A model generated the notes under the pieces. That model did no database searches and had not been told where the DNA came from. It was given only the letters and a program-made list of their open reading frames with translations. Of a DNA stretch of 64,000 bases, positions 24,934 through 38,215 are shown in pieces (the first letter of the stretch is position 1; each line of letters starts with the position of its first letter). This stretch comes from Tubulanus polymorphus (lineage: Eukaryota > Animalia > Nemertea), in contig NC_134030.1 of the NCBI RefSeq assembly GCF_964204645.1, positions 14,322,110 through 14,386,109 on the forward strand, written 5' to 3'. Position numbers and translations under genes: made by a program.

Positions 24934-26388
24934 ATGGATGTAGAAGGTGGAGAAGATTATGAAATGGGAGAAATGGGAAATAATAATGAAGGGTATATTG
25001 ATGATGATTATAATGATGCAGAAAGTAATATTGATAATGATGATGAATCAGCATATAATTCTAATTTAACAGATAGTAATTCTAAAGGCCAATCAAGAGA
25101 TGAATTTGATAGAAGAACTAAATCGAGAATAAATCCTGAAAATGAAGATCCAGATTTAGTAAAAAAAAGATTAGAATATAATGCTTATATTTATAAATTC
25201 AAACCTATATTTGAAAGATCTGGATATAATATAAATGATAGAGGCGCCAGACTTTTAGTAGAAGATTTAGAATTTTCAGATGGTGAATATTATTATCATT
25301 TGAAAGATGATTATTATATTGATACCTCTTATAAAAATCAAAACAAATTATTAGCAGAATCAACTTTGAGTAATTTAGAACCATCTAGAATTAAAAGAAT
25401 AAGTAATAGTAATGAAATAGAAAATGTTACCGACACAGAAATAAACCAAAATAGAAGAGTATTTAAACAAAGAATTAATGACTTATTTGAAACAATCGAT
25501 AATAATCTAGAACCAGAAAGAACTTCTGAACGGAATATAACTTCCAAAACTAGTAAACTTAATTCAAAAATAAAGTTCCAATTGAAAAACTTACTAAATG
25601 GATTACTTGATGCAACAGATCAAGAATTAGAAGATTTAAATATATTTTCTGATAAAGCAATTAGAGAAATTATTAGTATAAGACTTGCATCTGAAAAAAT
25701 TGCACATGATAAAAGTATAAGAGATTTTAAAATTAGAACTTTGGAAAAAGATAGAACTGATAAAATTAAAGAAATAGAACAACTAAAATTAGATAGAGAT
25801 AATAAAGTTATTGAAGAAATTGAATTCAAAAAAAGAAATGCATATTTAGAAAAAGAAAAAGATGATTTAGAATGAAACATAGAATTTCAGAAAGAAGAAA
25901 TTAAATTATTATTAAAATCATATGATTATAATATTAATAGATTAAAAGTTATTTTCAAAAATTTTTTGATAAAACGAAATTCTGAAATATCATTAAAAGA
26001 TAGAATAAGATTATTATTCAAATTAGAAGGAATAACAATTCTTTCAATTCTAACAGCTGTAACTATGGTATTTACAACAATTGGTTTAGCTATTTCAAAT
26101 TCACTGAAATCTACACCAAATCCTAATAAACCGGATAAACCCCCAAATGATAATAATTCTATACAAGATAAAGTTAAGGATGGTTTAAAGAAATTAGCAA
26201 AATATTTATGGGAACTATCTAAAAAATCTGCTGCAGCATTACCCGGAGTTATTGCATCGATTGTTGGTTTTATATTGAAATCTGCAGGAAACATTATTAA
26301 CTTTGCTGCTGAACATATTATTTTATTTTTAATTACAGTTGTAAGTGCAATTATTTTTGGGTTAGTGAATATGATAAAAAATAAATAA
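24934..26388 (+). pseudogene. Acidic/coiled-coil protein with C-terminal hydrophobic segments
   Basis: ORFs 24934..25875 and 25966..26388 are in the same frame, separated by TGA at 25873. Hydrophobic segments GITILSILTAVTMVFTTIGLAI, AALPGVIASIVGFIL and IILFLITVVSAIIFGLV. Confidence 0.7.
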
Positions 26389-26408
26389 TTAATTTTTTTG
26401 TTAAATAA

Positions 26409-27656
26409 ATGAGTGGGAGTTATATAAGTCCTTCTAAGAATTCTAGAATATCTAATGCTATTAAAGCAGAAAGATCACATCATATAATTACTCATAACCC
26501 TTCTAATATTAATCCTGATGAAACTTTATATGTTAGAATTCCTCGATTAACACAAAATACTTTTTATGTTCCAAATAGTATTTATTTATCAGCCGATATA
26601 AAAGTAACCGGTAATAATAATAATTATGTTGTTGATAATGTTGGAAGATATTTGATTAAAAAATTAACTATAAAGATTGGTCCAGAAACAGTTTTCTCAT
26701 TAGATGATTATAATTTATTTATGCATTATAAAGATTTATGGTTAACTAAAGAAAATAGAAATAATACGATATTTCAAGGCATCCAATCAGAAAACCAAAA
26801 TAAATTAAGATCTGAAGCTAATAATGCAATATTAACTAATGCTATAGATAAATTGATAAAAAATATTTATGGCAGCAAATATAAAATTCCATTAGACTTT
26901 GAATTGATAAATAATAATGCACCTTTATATAAATATGCAATTCAAGAAGATGTTATATTCGAAATAACATTTGCTCCTGTAAATGAAATTGTATTATCTA
27001 GCGTTGTTAAAGATATGGGTTACAAATTATCGAATACATGTTTAGAATATGATACAGTAACTGATGAAAATATTGCTAACACAATTCAAACTCAATACAA
27101 TCAAGGATTTTCATTATTATATGATTATATTGATAAATTTAAAACTGTAACTATTAATGCAAGTGACGAAATAATTAATGAGATTATTCACTTCCCAAGA
27201 AGATCTATTAAAGGTATATGAATATTTTTTACTATTGCAACATATTCTAATGGTGCAATACAGGTCGATTATAATTATAATCCTGAAATAACAAAAGTAG
27301 AAATAACTATCGAAGGAATAGCAAATAAAATATTTTGTCAAGGAATGAGAATGATAGATCAATGGCCAGAAATTAGAAAACATTTTATGAATGAAAAAGT
27401 AAAATCATCTGAAAATTGTAATATTAATCAAATTGATTATTATACCGGTAATAAATATGCATTATGGTTAGATTTTAGAACAACAGAGGATAATTCATTA
27501 CATGGTTCTGGGAAAAAACTACAGAACACTAAAGATGGGATACAATTATTCATGACAAAGAAAAAAGGAAGCTTAAATTTCAAAATGCATATTTATATTA
27601 TATCTGACGCGCAATTAAATATTGTAAATTCTCAATTAAGTAGTGTTATGTATTAA
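26409..27656 (+). pseudogene. Putative double-jelly-roll major capsid protein, frameshifted near 27220
   Basis: About 415 codons in total, with beta-strand patterns (TLYVRIP, SIYLSADI, LIKKLTIKIG, YKIPLDF, FEITFAP, CLEYD, ALWLDFR, IQLFM, MHIYIISDAQLNI) and a position within the Polinton structural cluster. The fold is inferred, not tested. Confidence 0.65.
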
Positions 27657-27705
27657 GTGTTATGAAATATTAAAATTTTAACTTTAATAAAAAATCTTAT
27701 ATTAA

Positions 27706-28623
27706 ATGGAAGGTGGAATATATGAAATACAAACTCCAAGTGAAATGATAACAGATATATAGTATATATTACTTTATGAATATAGTAAGTATTTTGGAGA
27801 ATTCTTTAATCAATTCAAATATAGAATAGGTAAAATAGATAAGAATATTGAAACTAAAATAGAAAATAATATTGAACCTAAAATAGAAGATAAGAATGAT
27901 ATTGAATCTAAATAGAAGATATAATTAGATTGATGTATTGTGAAGAAGATTTTGATAATAATAATGATTATTTATTGCACATCAAAAAAGATGAACATAT
28001 TTTACAATTAGTAAAAACATATGCTATTATATATAAAGATAAATGCAAAGAGGACCAAAATTATTGTGCCTTCTGTAATGATTGTATATCAAAGGCTAAT
28101 TGGGCAAAACATTATAAATTAAAAACAAAAGGTGGAAATGATTCAGCCCATGCAATACACGTATTAAAAACTTGGTGTGAAAAATGTAAAGAATATGTAT
28201 TATATGACAAACAATTGAATCATAATTACTCAATTAAACATATAGGTACAGATAATGTAATAGAAAATCCATTAATTAAAAATCCGAAATTTAATAAAAA
28301 GAATATATTAGATTATCGGTGGTATAGAAAATTTATAGATTATTTCTCGAGTAATGATATAGTTACCATATTGAAAAAGTTAGATAACTTTAAACCAAAT
28401 GTAACTTGTGCAATGAACTTATTTGAACTTAAATATGATGATTTTAGAGAAAAAATTTTTAAATAAACATCCATCTAAAACTGAAATCGAAAATTATATT
28501 CCAAAAATATTTTCAAGAGAAACATACAATAAATATAAACTCGGAAATCATTTAGGACCTATACCAATGTCAACGAAAAGGAGTATATGGTTAGAATATA
28601 ATAAGCTTAAAGAAAAATATTAA
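27706..28623 (+). pseudogene. Zinc-finger-containing Polinton accessory gene, disrupted
   Basis: TAAATG start at 27706 with early stops, then ORFs 27930..28466 (CAFC..H, CEKC..HNYSIKH) and 28423..28623. Confidence 0.55.
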
Positions 28624-28653
28624 TATGAAAGAGTAATTTCTATTTACATATTA

Positions 28654-28725
28654 ATGGATGAGTGGATGAGTTGGATGAATTGGATGAGAATGGATGAGTG
28701 TAATAATATATATATATATATATAC

Positions 28726-28780
<55 letters not shown>

Positions 28781-28916
28781 TAAAATAATATTTAGAGATT
28801 GTATAAAATTGATAATATAACTTAAAATCAAACTTTTACTGTTTAAAAAAAAAACATATGTAAATTATATATTATTACACTCATCCATTCATCCAATTCA
28901 TCCACTCATACCCATT
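28654..28916. repeat. Inverted repeat built from GGATGA subunits enclosing a (TA)n microsatellite
   Basis: Left arm atggatgagtggatgagttggatgaattggatgagaatggatgagtgtaataatata; right arm tatattattacactcatccattcatccaattcatccactcatacccat. (TA)n at about 28706-28776. Confidence 0.8.
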
Positions 28917-29313
28917 CAAAATAAATAATATTTCATATTAGGATTTTATCTTATAAACTTACATTCATATGGAAATTGTAATCTCAAAAGTAATTTTGAA
29001 CCTTTATTATTCTTTAATTTATTCATCATGTAATTCAGTAGGATAATTTCATTTTCTTCCAATGATTGTTGCATAGCTTTTCTATCTTTATTGCAGAATA
29101 AAACAGTATTAGAAACTAAATTAGAATAAATATTCTAAAACTATTTATATATTTAATATATAAGTATTAATTATTTAAATATAATATTAATTAAATATAA
29201 TATTAATTTAATACCCCCTTATGTCTTTATTATCTTTATGTCTTTAGTAGGCTTAGTACGTGTAGTATACAGAAAAAAAAATATATAAATAGTTTTAGAA
29301 TAATTATTCTCAT

Positions 29314-29924
29314 TTATTTTATAAATTTATATTCTTATGGAAATTGTAGTCTCAGTAATAATTTTGAACCTTTATTATTCTTTAATTTATTCATATATTC
29401 ATCATGTAACTCAGTAGGTATAATTAGATTTTCTTCCAATGATTGTTGCATAGATTTTCAATCTTTATTGTAGAATAAAACTAGAAATCTTATATTCTCC
29501 CTAAAGTCTTTAACAATTGAATTATATTTTTGATTTAAAACCCATGTTGTTATCCCGAAATGTCTCCCAGAGAAAGCTAAATAACATAACTCACTTTCTC
29601 TAACTTTTGAATCATGTAAATTTGCCAATCATCTATAATGAATAATGTATTTAATCCTTTATAAATATCAATTGCTATTTTAATACAATTATCTAAATTT
29701 TCTTTTACTGTTTTAGGATCTAATATAATAAACTTTTTTATCTTTACTATATCCCTATTATATGTTTTATTCATTTCATAAGTAGGACAGAATAATATTA
29801 TATTACCAAAATGATTCTTATAAATAGTTTCTAACAAATCTAATATGAAATGTGTTTTACCACAGTTTGTTACCCCAGTTGTTAACATGTTATGCGGTTC
29901 AAATATAAATAAATCTTTATTCAT
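29314..29924 (-). pseudogene. A32/FtsK-like genome-packaging ATPase, frameshifted
   Basis: Walker A GVTNCGKT and Walker B LFIIDD, then in the shifted frame LAFSGRHFGITTWVLNQKY..FRENI. Confidence 0.9.
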
Positions 29925-30999
29925 TTATTCTTTTAATTTTACTAGATAAAATCCATTCATAAAATTTATCATCATATCCTTTATATTTCACCAAAGAATA
30001 CTTTTTTCCTTTAAGAGTTTTTGTTTTCAATACTTTTTCTATTTTGTATTCTATTTCATCTGGATTTGGTACAAGTGATAATTCTTGTTCATAGAAATAA
30101 CCTAATATTTCTTCATCTTTTATATCTTCTAATTTATAAACAAAAGGTTTAGTTAATATTATCTTTTTAATCTTGAATATTTCTTCTGTAAAATTAGGGG
30201 TATAACCTTTGTAAAATGTTTTTCTATATTTAGATATTCTAACATGTTGTCCAATTTTTAATCTAGGTTCACCAAAATCATGTGTAACAAACGCACCATA
30301 TAAATTATTCCAAACTTTTTCTGAATTATCTTCTTTTCTAGCTTGTATTGGTTTCATATTTATAGAACTATGTTTAGAGAATTATTATAACCTTTCACTA
30401 AATCATCTAATATATCGATATATTTATTTGTTTCATTGGCAGTAAAATATTTCCACATTCTAGATTTCAATGTTTTATTAAATCTTTCTATAATAGATGC
30501 TTTTTTATCCGAGTGTGTTGAAAAATACTCTACATCGATATTAGATAATAGTTTTTTGAAATGTTTGTTATAGAATTCCTTACCTTCATCAAATTGTATC
30601 TTATCTGGAATAGCTGCTTTAAATATTGATTTAAAAGCATTTGTCACTTCTATTCCAGTTTTATTTTTGATTGGAATTGACCATGCGTATCTACTGAATA
30701 TGTCTATAACATTTAATATCCAGAAATATCCTTTGTTGTATTCTTCTAAGTTCTTCATGTCAATTAAATCTGCTTGCCATTGTTGATCGATATATGAAAC
30801 CATAACTTTTCTTGTTAAATAAGTTTTATCCATTTTCTTGTGGATTTGATATGTTGGTTGATTTTGTAACCATACTATATTTTATATCACCATTTTCTTT
30901 ATCAGATTTAATTTTATCCCATAATTCTGAAACGTTAGAATATGATACTTCACTTTCTGGGTTATAATATAAATCTCTTAAATATTGTTCTTTTTTCAT
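29917..30999 (-). pseudogene. Polinton retroviral-type (DDE) integrase with C-terminal chromodomain, two frameshifts
   Basis: N-terminus LRDLYYNP from ATG 30999; WQADLIDM, IDIFSRYAW, FDEGKEF, IERFNKTLK; GQHVRISK..F.KGY.PNFTEEIF; chromodomain YKIEKVLK..LVKYKGYDDKFYEWI. Confidence 0.95.
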
Positions 31000-31421
31000 C
31001 TTATTTTAATCCATTAATAATAATTTAGATTTAGTTTCAATGACTTTATGATTTGACTTATTTTCTGGTATAATAGGTTTATTGTCTGTACACGGATAAC
31101 TAAGTTTCCGATCATTGGAATCATCTTTATCATCAGATTTGAATTTAGATTTATATATTACACCGGATAATATAATAATTGTGATTAACCCAATTGTAAT
31201 ATATAAGTAATTAGTTCTTCCACTATTAGAAGAATCAGATGGATTGTTATTTGAATCAATATCAGATAAAGTCTGTGATTCATTTATATCAGTTAATTTC
31301 TTTTTCTTAGCTTTTTTTTGATTCTGCAGATCTTTTACCTAATTCTCTTGCCCATTTAATTTGTTTCTCTGATCTAGGATTCTTCTTGACATCACCGTTT
31401 GGGTGCCGTACGGAACCATCA

Positions 31422-32035
31422 TCACTCATTTATTTTAGTTAATTTTTGTTCTGATTCATTTTCTGTTTCACCGTTTGGGTGTCTTACGGCGTAATCGGTT
31501 TCGTTCTTACCTGATTTATATTCCATAGGCTTGATATTCGAAAATGTTATGACACCAGTAGAAATTAATGTCATAACCGATCCTAATTGGAATGAAGCAT
31601 ACCCGATCCATTTTTGTAATTCAGTCATAACTAAATAGTCATTTTTCAAATCACTATATAATTTATTTTCATCATCAATTGACATTAACCGGTTACATAA
31701 TTTTGAATAACACTGATAATACCATCTGAAATAGAATCATTTATTCGAGCCAATCTAGCTTCTTCATAAATCTTAAAACATTTTATTACTTTATCTGGTT
31801 TCATAGAGTCTAGTTCTTGAAAAGTAATGATTCTATTTAAAAACTCTTTAGATTTCCCGCCAGCAATTAGTAACTCGAGATGGTGTTTACAATATAAGTA
31901 GTATTCATAATCAATATTGTTATTAACTTGAATATTATTTTCAATTTTGGTCGGAATATCCTTATTATCACTAATGCCCAAATCATCTAATGTTTTTTCA
32001 ATATCAATACTATTCTTACTCGATTTCTTTGACAT
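31422..32035 (-). pseudogene. Polinton hypothetical protein, probably one gene split by a frameshift
   Basis: Abutting ORFs 31685..32035 and 31422..31685. The TAAATG start is preceded by a T-run, and there is a hydrophobic segment near the C-terminus. A further TM-bearing relic lies at about 31010-31395. Confidence 0.55.
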
Positions 32036-32666
32036 TTATATTAGAGAAAAAAAAATATAACATTTTAATACTAGTTAGTTAAGTTAAAGAATTTTAAATA
32101 CTAGGTTAGTTAAAGTTAAAGAATTTTTATTCGAATCTATTCAATCTAGTGTTAACAAGAATCACAAAAGAAAATATTAAAAATATAAGAGAATTCACTA
32201 GCTAGTTGAAGTTATTGTTTTTTTAATATTTTTTATTTGAGTTCTATTATTCTTTAACCGCTCATTAAAGATTCAACGTATTGTTCATTATTTGGATCAT
32301 TATTCCATTGATCAATAAATTGCTTTGCCTTTGTTAACTGGTCTAAATATAACTGAAAGTCTAGTTTATTAGATTTAATAATATTTTCCTTCTTTTTTCC
32401 GTCTTAAATTTTTCCAATTACAAATTAGTTTTTTATTGTATTCATCATTCCTTTCCATTTATATATCAAATTTTTATTAAAATTGATTAACATTTTAGAA
32501 TCCTCTTCCATTTCTTCGACTAACGTCATCCTTTTTCATTCCTCGCTGCTTTTGATAAGTCATTTCGGATCCTCGATAATAAATCCTCAACTGAAAATCA
32601 ATTCAACGAAACGACTGGTGGAAATATTATTTCATAAACAAATATATTTATTATGTAAATTTTAGC

Positions 32667-32882
32667 GATCGATAATAGAACAATGGAGAACAATAGAAAA
32701 GCGGTCCAATCGGACTGGTTATTGCGCAATACAGTAATTTTTTTATTCTGTAAACTACAACATTCAAACATAGAACTGTAACCAATCAATATTGAGCAGC
32801 TGTTTCCGTCAACAACGATCGATAATAGAACAATGGAGAACAATAGAAAAGCGGTCCAATCGGACCGGTTATTGCGCAATAC
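32667..32882. repeat. 65-bp direct repeat
   Basis: cgatcgataatagaacaatggagaacaatagaaaagcggtccaatcggac(t/c)ggttattgcgcaatac at about 32667 and 32816. Confidence 0.85.
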
Positions 32883-35800
32883 TTAGTGAACAGTAAACAA
32901 TACAATATTAAAACAGATATATACAATCAAGATTACATTTTTTGATATCTATATTAATAAGACCTTCAGTGTTATAATTTATAATTTTGTCCAGAATTCT
33001 TTAATTACTGGATTGTTTCCAATCATTTCTTCAATTTCTGGTAAATATCTGACTACTTCACTAAATGCTTATCCTAATATTTTGAATTTTTCATATTTTA
33101 TTAATCTACCTACTCTTCTCAGTTTTCTTTCAAAGCCGGCACTGATATCTATGTTCTTTTTAACCCACACCCCCCAAGAAATCCCCGCAGTTTTTTTTAT
33201 CAAACATTGAAAACCCTATATTTAGATAACCCCCGAAAATGATGTGGTCCCATAGGTGATTTGCTTTTCTATTTAATATGGTTTTATAACTTTTTTTTAA
33301 GATATCAGTAATTTCGGCAAATGAAATAACTTCTACACTTTGTATTTCTGGAAAGTTTAAATGTTCTGTGTCAATGATTAATTAGGGTTTTCTGTTACAT
33401 CACAGAAAATCCTATTGAGATTCGCGTGTTTCTTATTATTAGGGTTTTCTGTTACATCACAGAAAACCCTATTGAGATTCGCGTGTTTCTTATTATTATT
33501 ATTATTATTATTATTATTTTTTCCACACATTTGTCAAAAGTACATAGGCTTTTTTACATTACCGCTGTTGCCGATACAATCCGTCTGATATCATTCAGCT
33601 CAGTTCGATCTACAAATACTCCGTGCGAATTTTGAAGAATCAACGTTACAAAAGCACTGTCGGGCCGTAAACATCGAAAATTGAGCCCCATTCAAAGAGC
33701 CGACATGTTTTTCTAAGTCGTCTTTCCGAAATCTACCGCACGTTTCTTGTCACATCGATTATCAATTCAAGCATAAATTAACAAATTTATTACCCAAAGA
33801 TTGCAAATTCTGTCGCAGTTTTTAAAAACTAATTTTAACAATAACCAATTTTCCTCATCAAATTATAATACCAATTCACAGGAAATTAACTACTTTAGAT
33901 TTTAAAAGCACTGTCGAGCCGTAAACATCGACAAATCGACGTGTGTCACTACATCGTCGTTCCGGGAATCAGCTGCGAGTTTCTCCTCATTCTGAGAATC
34001 AAATCGAGTACAAATTAATTTATTACTACCAGTGATTTGGCTGCGGGCGTCAAGCAGTTAATTTAGCAATACCTATTTTTCTTTACCAAATTTACCGTGT
34101 TTTTACTAAGATAAATCATAAGTGTACCGGGGAGTCGTAGGCCTAAACTAAACACGCCGAAGAGATTATAGCGGAGAAAAGCTGTTATGTCGACGAGGTA
34201 TCAAAATAAAAGAATGTATTACTTTATTCGGCCGCGGGCCTCCATATCAATACCATCAATATTCTATATTTCCTACAGTACATACCGATCATTGTCAAAT
34301 CCACAAGGTATTTACTAAATACAAGTATAAAACACACTCGTATCCGTATGCTGGACTCACACTTGACATTCGGAGTAAGCGTTCGCTGTGGGGGAAAGGA
34401 GATCGTTCGCTGGGTCGCATGAAGTGTTTATCGAGTTTTACGCGACTTTAAAGCTTTAGTATGGTGGCTGATAAGATAACAAAACACGAATATGCAAATG
34501 AGGGCGATATTACGACAAAACGACAAAACTAAAATAACGCGAGAAAACAATGATTTTGATTTTGTCGCCCGCGACAGTTCATTATTTTGGTTTTATCGCC
34601 CACGACAATTCATTACTTTGGTTTTATCGCCAGCGACAATGCATTATTTTGGTTTTGTCGCCCGCGACAATTCTTCTTTTTGGTTTTGTCGCCCGCGACA
34701 ATTCATTATTTTGGTTTTATATTTTGTTTTTGTCGCCCGCGACAATTTTCTTTTTTGGTTTTGTCGCCCGCGACAATTCAATATTTTGGTTTTATCGCCT
34801 GCGACAATTCAATATTTTGGTTTTATCGCCCGCAACAATTCATTATTACGGTTTTATCGCCCGCGACAATTCATTATTTTGGTTTTGTCGCCCGCGACAA
34901 TTCACCATTTTGGTTTTGCCGCCCGCGACAATTCAATATTTTGGTTTTGTCGCCCGCGACAATTCATTATTTTGGTTTTATCACCCGCGACAATTCAATA
35001 TTCTAGTTTTTTTCGCTGCGATAATTCATTATTTTGGTTTTATCGCCCGCGACAATTCAAGATTTTGTTTTTATCGTCCGCGACAATTCATTATTTCGGT
35101 TATGTTGCTCGAGACAATTCATTATTTTGGTTTTATCGTCCGCGACAATTCATTATTTTGGTTTTGTCGCTCGAGACAATTCATTATTTTAGTTTTATCG
35201 CCCACGACAATTCATTGGTTTGGTTTTATCGCCTGCGACAATTCAATATTTTGGTTTTATCGCCTGCGACAATTCAATATTTTGGTTTTGTCGCCTGAGA
35301 AAATTCATTATTTTGGTTTTGTCGCCTGAGAAAATTCATTATTTTGGTTTTATCGCCCGCGTCAATTTATTATAACGGTTTTATCGGCCGCGACAATTCA
35401 TTATTTTGGTTTTGTCGCCCGCGACAATTCACCATTTTGGTTTTGTCGCCCGCGACAATTCATTATTTTGGTTTTATCGCCCGCGACAATTCAATATTTT
35501 GGTTTTGCCCGCGATAATTCATTATTTTGGTTTTATCACTCGCGACAATTCATTATTTTGGTTTTGTCGCCCGAGACAATTCATTATTTTAGTTTTATCG
35601 CCCGCGAAAATTCATTATTTTGGTTTTATCGCCCGCGACAATTCATTATTTTGCTTTTGTCGCCCGCGACAATACACCATTTTGGTTTTGTCGCCTGGAC
35701 AATTCACCATTTTGGTTTTGTCGCCCGCGACAATTCATTATTTTTGTTTTGTCGCCCCGACAATTCTTTTTTTGGTTTTGTCGCCCGCGACAATTCATTA

Positions 35801-38215
35801 GTTTGGTTTTGTCGCCCGCGACAATTCAATATTTCGGTTTTATCGCCCTCGACAATTCATTGCTTTGGTTTTATCTCCAGCGACAATTCATTATTTTGGT
35901 TTTGTCGCCCGCGACAATTCTTGTTTTTGGTTTTGACGCCCGCGACAATTCATTATTTTGGTTTTATACTTTGTTTTTGTCGCCAGCGACAATTTTTTTT
36001 TTGGTTTCGTCGCCCGCAACAATTCAATATTTTGGTTTTGTCGCCCGCGACAATTCATTATTTTGGTTTTATCGCCCGCGACAATTCAATATTTTAGTTT
36101 TTTCGCCTGCGATAATTCATTATTTTGGTTTTATCGCCCGCGACAATTCAAGATTTTGTTTTTATCGTCCGCGACAATTCATTATTTCGGTTATGTCGCT
36201 CGAGACAATTCATTATTTTGGTTTTATCGTCCGCGACAATTCATTATTTTGGTTTAGTCGCTCGAGACAATTCATTATTTTAGTTTTATCGCCCACGACA
36301 ATTCATTAGTTTGGTTTTATCGCCTGCGACAATTCAATATTTTGGTTTTATCGCCCGCGACAATTCAATATTTTGGTTTTATCGCCCGCGATAATTCATT
36401 ATTTTGGTTTTATCGCCCGCGATAATTCATTATTTTGGTTTTGTCGCCTGAGAAAATTCATTATTTTGGTTATATCGCCCGCGACAATTCATTATTACGG
36501 TTTTATCGCCCGCGACAATTCATTATTTTGGTTTTGTCGCCCGCGACAATTCATTATTTTGGTTTTGTCGCCCGCGACAATTCATTATTTTGGTTTTATC
36601 GCTCGCGACAATTCATTATTTTGGTTTTGTCGCCCGCGACAATTCATTATTTTGGTTTTATCGCCCGCGACAATTCATTATTTTGGTTTTATCGCCCGCG
36701 ACAATTCAATATTTTGGTTTTATCGCCTGCGATAATTCATTATTTTGGTTTTATTGCTCGCGACAATTCATTATTTTGGTTTTGTCGCCCTAGACAATTC
36801 ATTATTTTGGTTTTATCGCCCGCGACAATTCATTATTTTGCTTTTGTCGCCCGCAACAATTCATTATTTTGCTTTTGTCGCCCGCGACAATTCACCATTT
36901 TGGTTTTGTCGCCTGGACAATTCACCATTTTGGTTTTGTCGCCCGCGACAATTTATTATTTTGGTTTTGTCGCCCCGACAATTCTTTTTTTGTTTTGTCG
37001 CCCGCGACAATTCTTGTTTTTGGTTTTGACGCCCGCGACAATTCATTAGTTTGGTTTTATACTTTGTTTTTGTTGCCCGCGACAATTTTTTTTTGGTTTT
37101 GTCGCCGCAACAATTCAATATTCTGGTTTTGTCGCCCGCAACAATTCATTATTTTGGTTTTATCGCCCGCGACAATTCAATATTTTAGTTTTATCGCCCG
37201 CGATAATTCATTATTTTGGTATTATCGTCCGCGACAATTCAATATTTTGTTTTTATCGTCCGCGACAATTCATTATTTCGGTTATGTCGCTTGAGGCAAT
37301 TCATTATTTTGGTTTTATCGTCCGGGACAATTCATTATTTTGGTTTTGTCGCTCGAGACAATTCATTATTTTGGTTTTATTGCCCGCGACAATTCATTAG
37401 TTTGGTTTTGTCGCCCGCGACAATTCAATATTTTGGTTTTATCACCCGCGACAATTCATTAGTTTGGTTTTGTCGCCCGCGACAATTCTTTTTCAGTCCA
37501 CTTGGGACTTAAATCCCAGCGGGCTATTGTATTCACTTTTCGTCCGTCCGTCCATCCATAGACGGAATCCAGTTTTTTTGGGAAGTTTTGAAGACGCTTC
37601 AAGGTCACTGGTTTTAGTATGTGGCCAATAGGGGGCGTTGAATAATACAATAACTTAGTATTGCTATATTATATTTGTACCAAGGCATATTTTGTTACCA
37701 TGATCAATTGCAAAGTTGTAGTTCATGACATCGTCTATGATTGTGGTGAGTTTTTAAGGACATTAGTTATTCCATATAGTCACCAGGGGGCGTTGAATAG
37801 TAGAAAAGCTTAGTTTTTCCTTATTAGATTGGTACCTAGGCATAGTTTGTTACCATGATCCATTGCAAAGTTGTAGATCATGACATCGTCTATGATTGTG
37901 GTGAGTTTTTAAGGACATTAGTTATTCCATATAGTCACCAGGGGGCGTTGAATAGTAGAATGGCTTAGTATTTCCTTATTAGATTGGTACCTAGGCATAT
38001 TTTGTTACTATGATCCATTGCAAAGTTGTAGATCATGACATCGTCTATGATTGTGGTGAGTTTTTAAGGACATTAGTTATTCCATATAGTCACCAGGGGG
38101 CGTTGAATAGTAGAATGGCTTAGTATTTCCTTATTAGATTGGTACCTAGGCATATTTTGTTACTATGATCAATTGCAAAGTTGTATTTCATGACATGTAC
38201 TACGATTGTGGTGAG

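Larger units (their letters stand above)
22140..33380. mobile_element. Polinton/Maverick-like element copy 2 (structural cluster on +, ATPase/integrase cluster on -), truncated at both ends
   Basis: AT-rich, gene-dense block with integrase, packaging ATPase and capsid-like ORFs. It shares about 1.5 kb with copy 1 in inverted orientation. Confidence 0.9.

Noticed and set aside
12341-33380. Bacterial, phage or organellar contamination suggested by AT-rich gene-dense DNA
   Set aside because: The gene set is Polinton-type, is pseudogenised, and is interleaved with animal-type transposons.
34556-37487. CRISPR-like array (31-bp, partly palindromic repeat)
   Set aside because: Units are directly adjacent with no unique spacers, there are no cas genes, and the context is eukaryotic.
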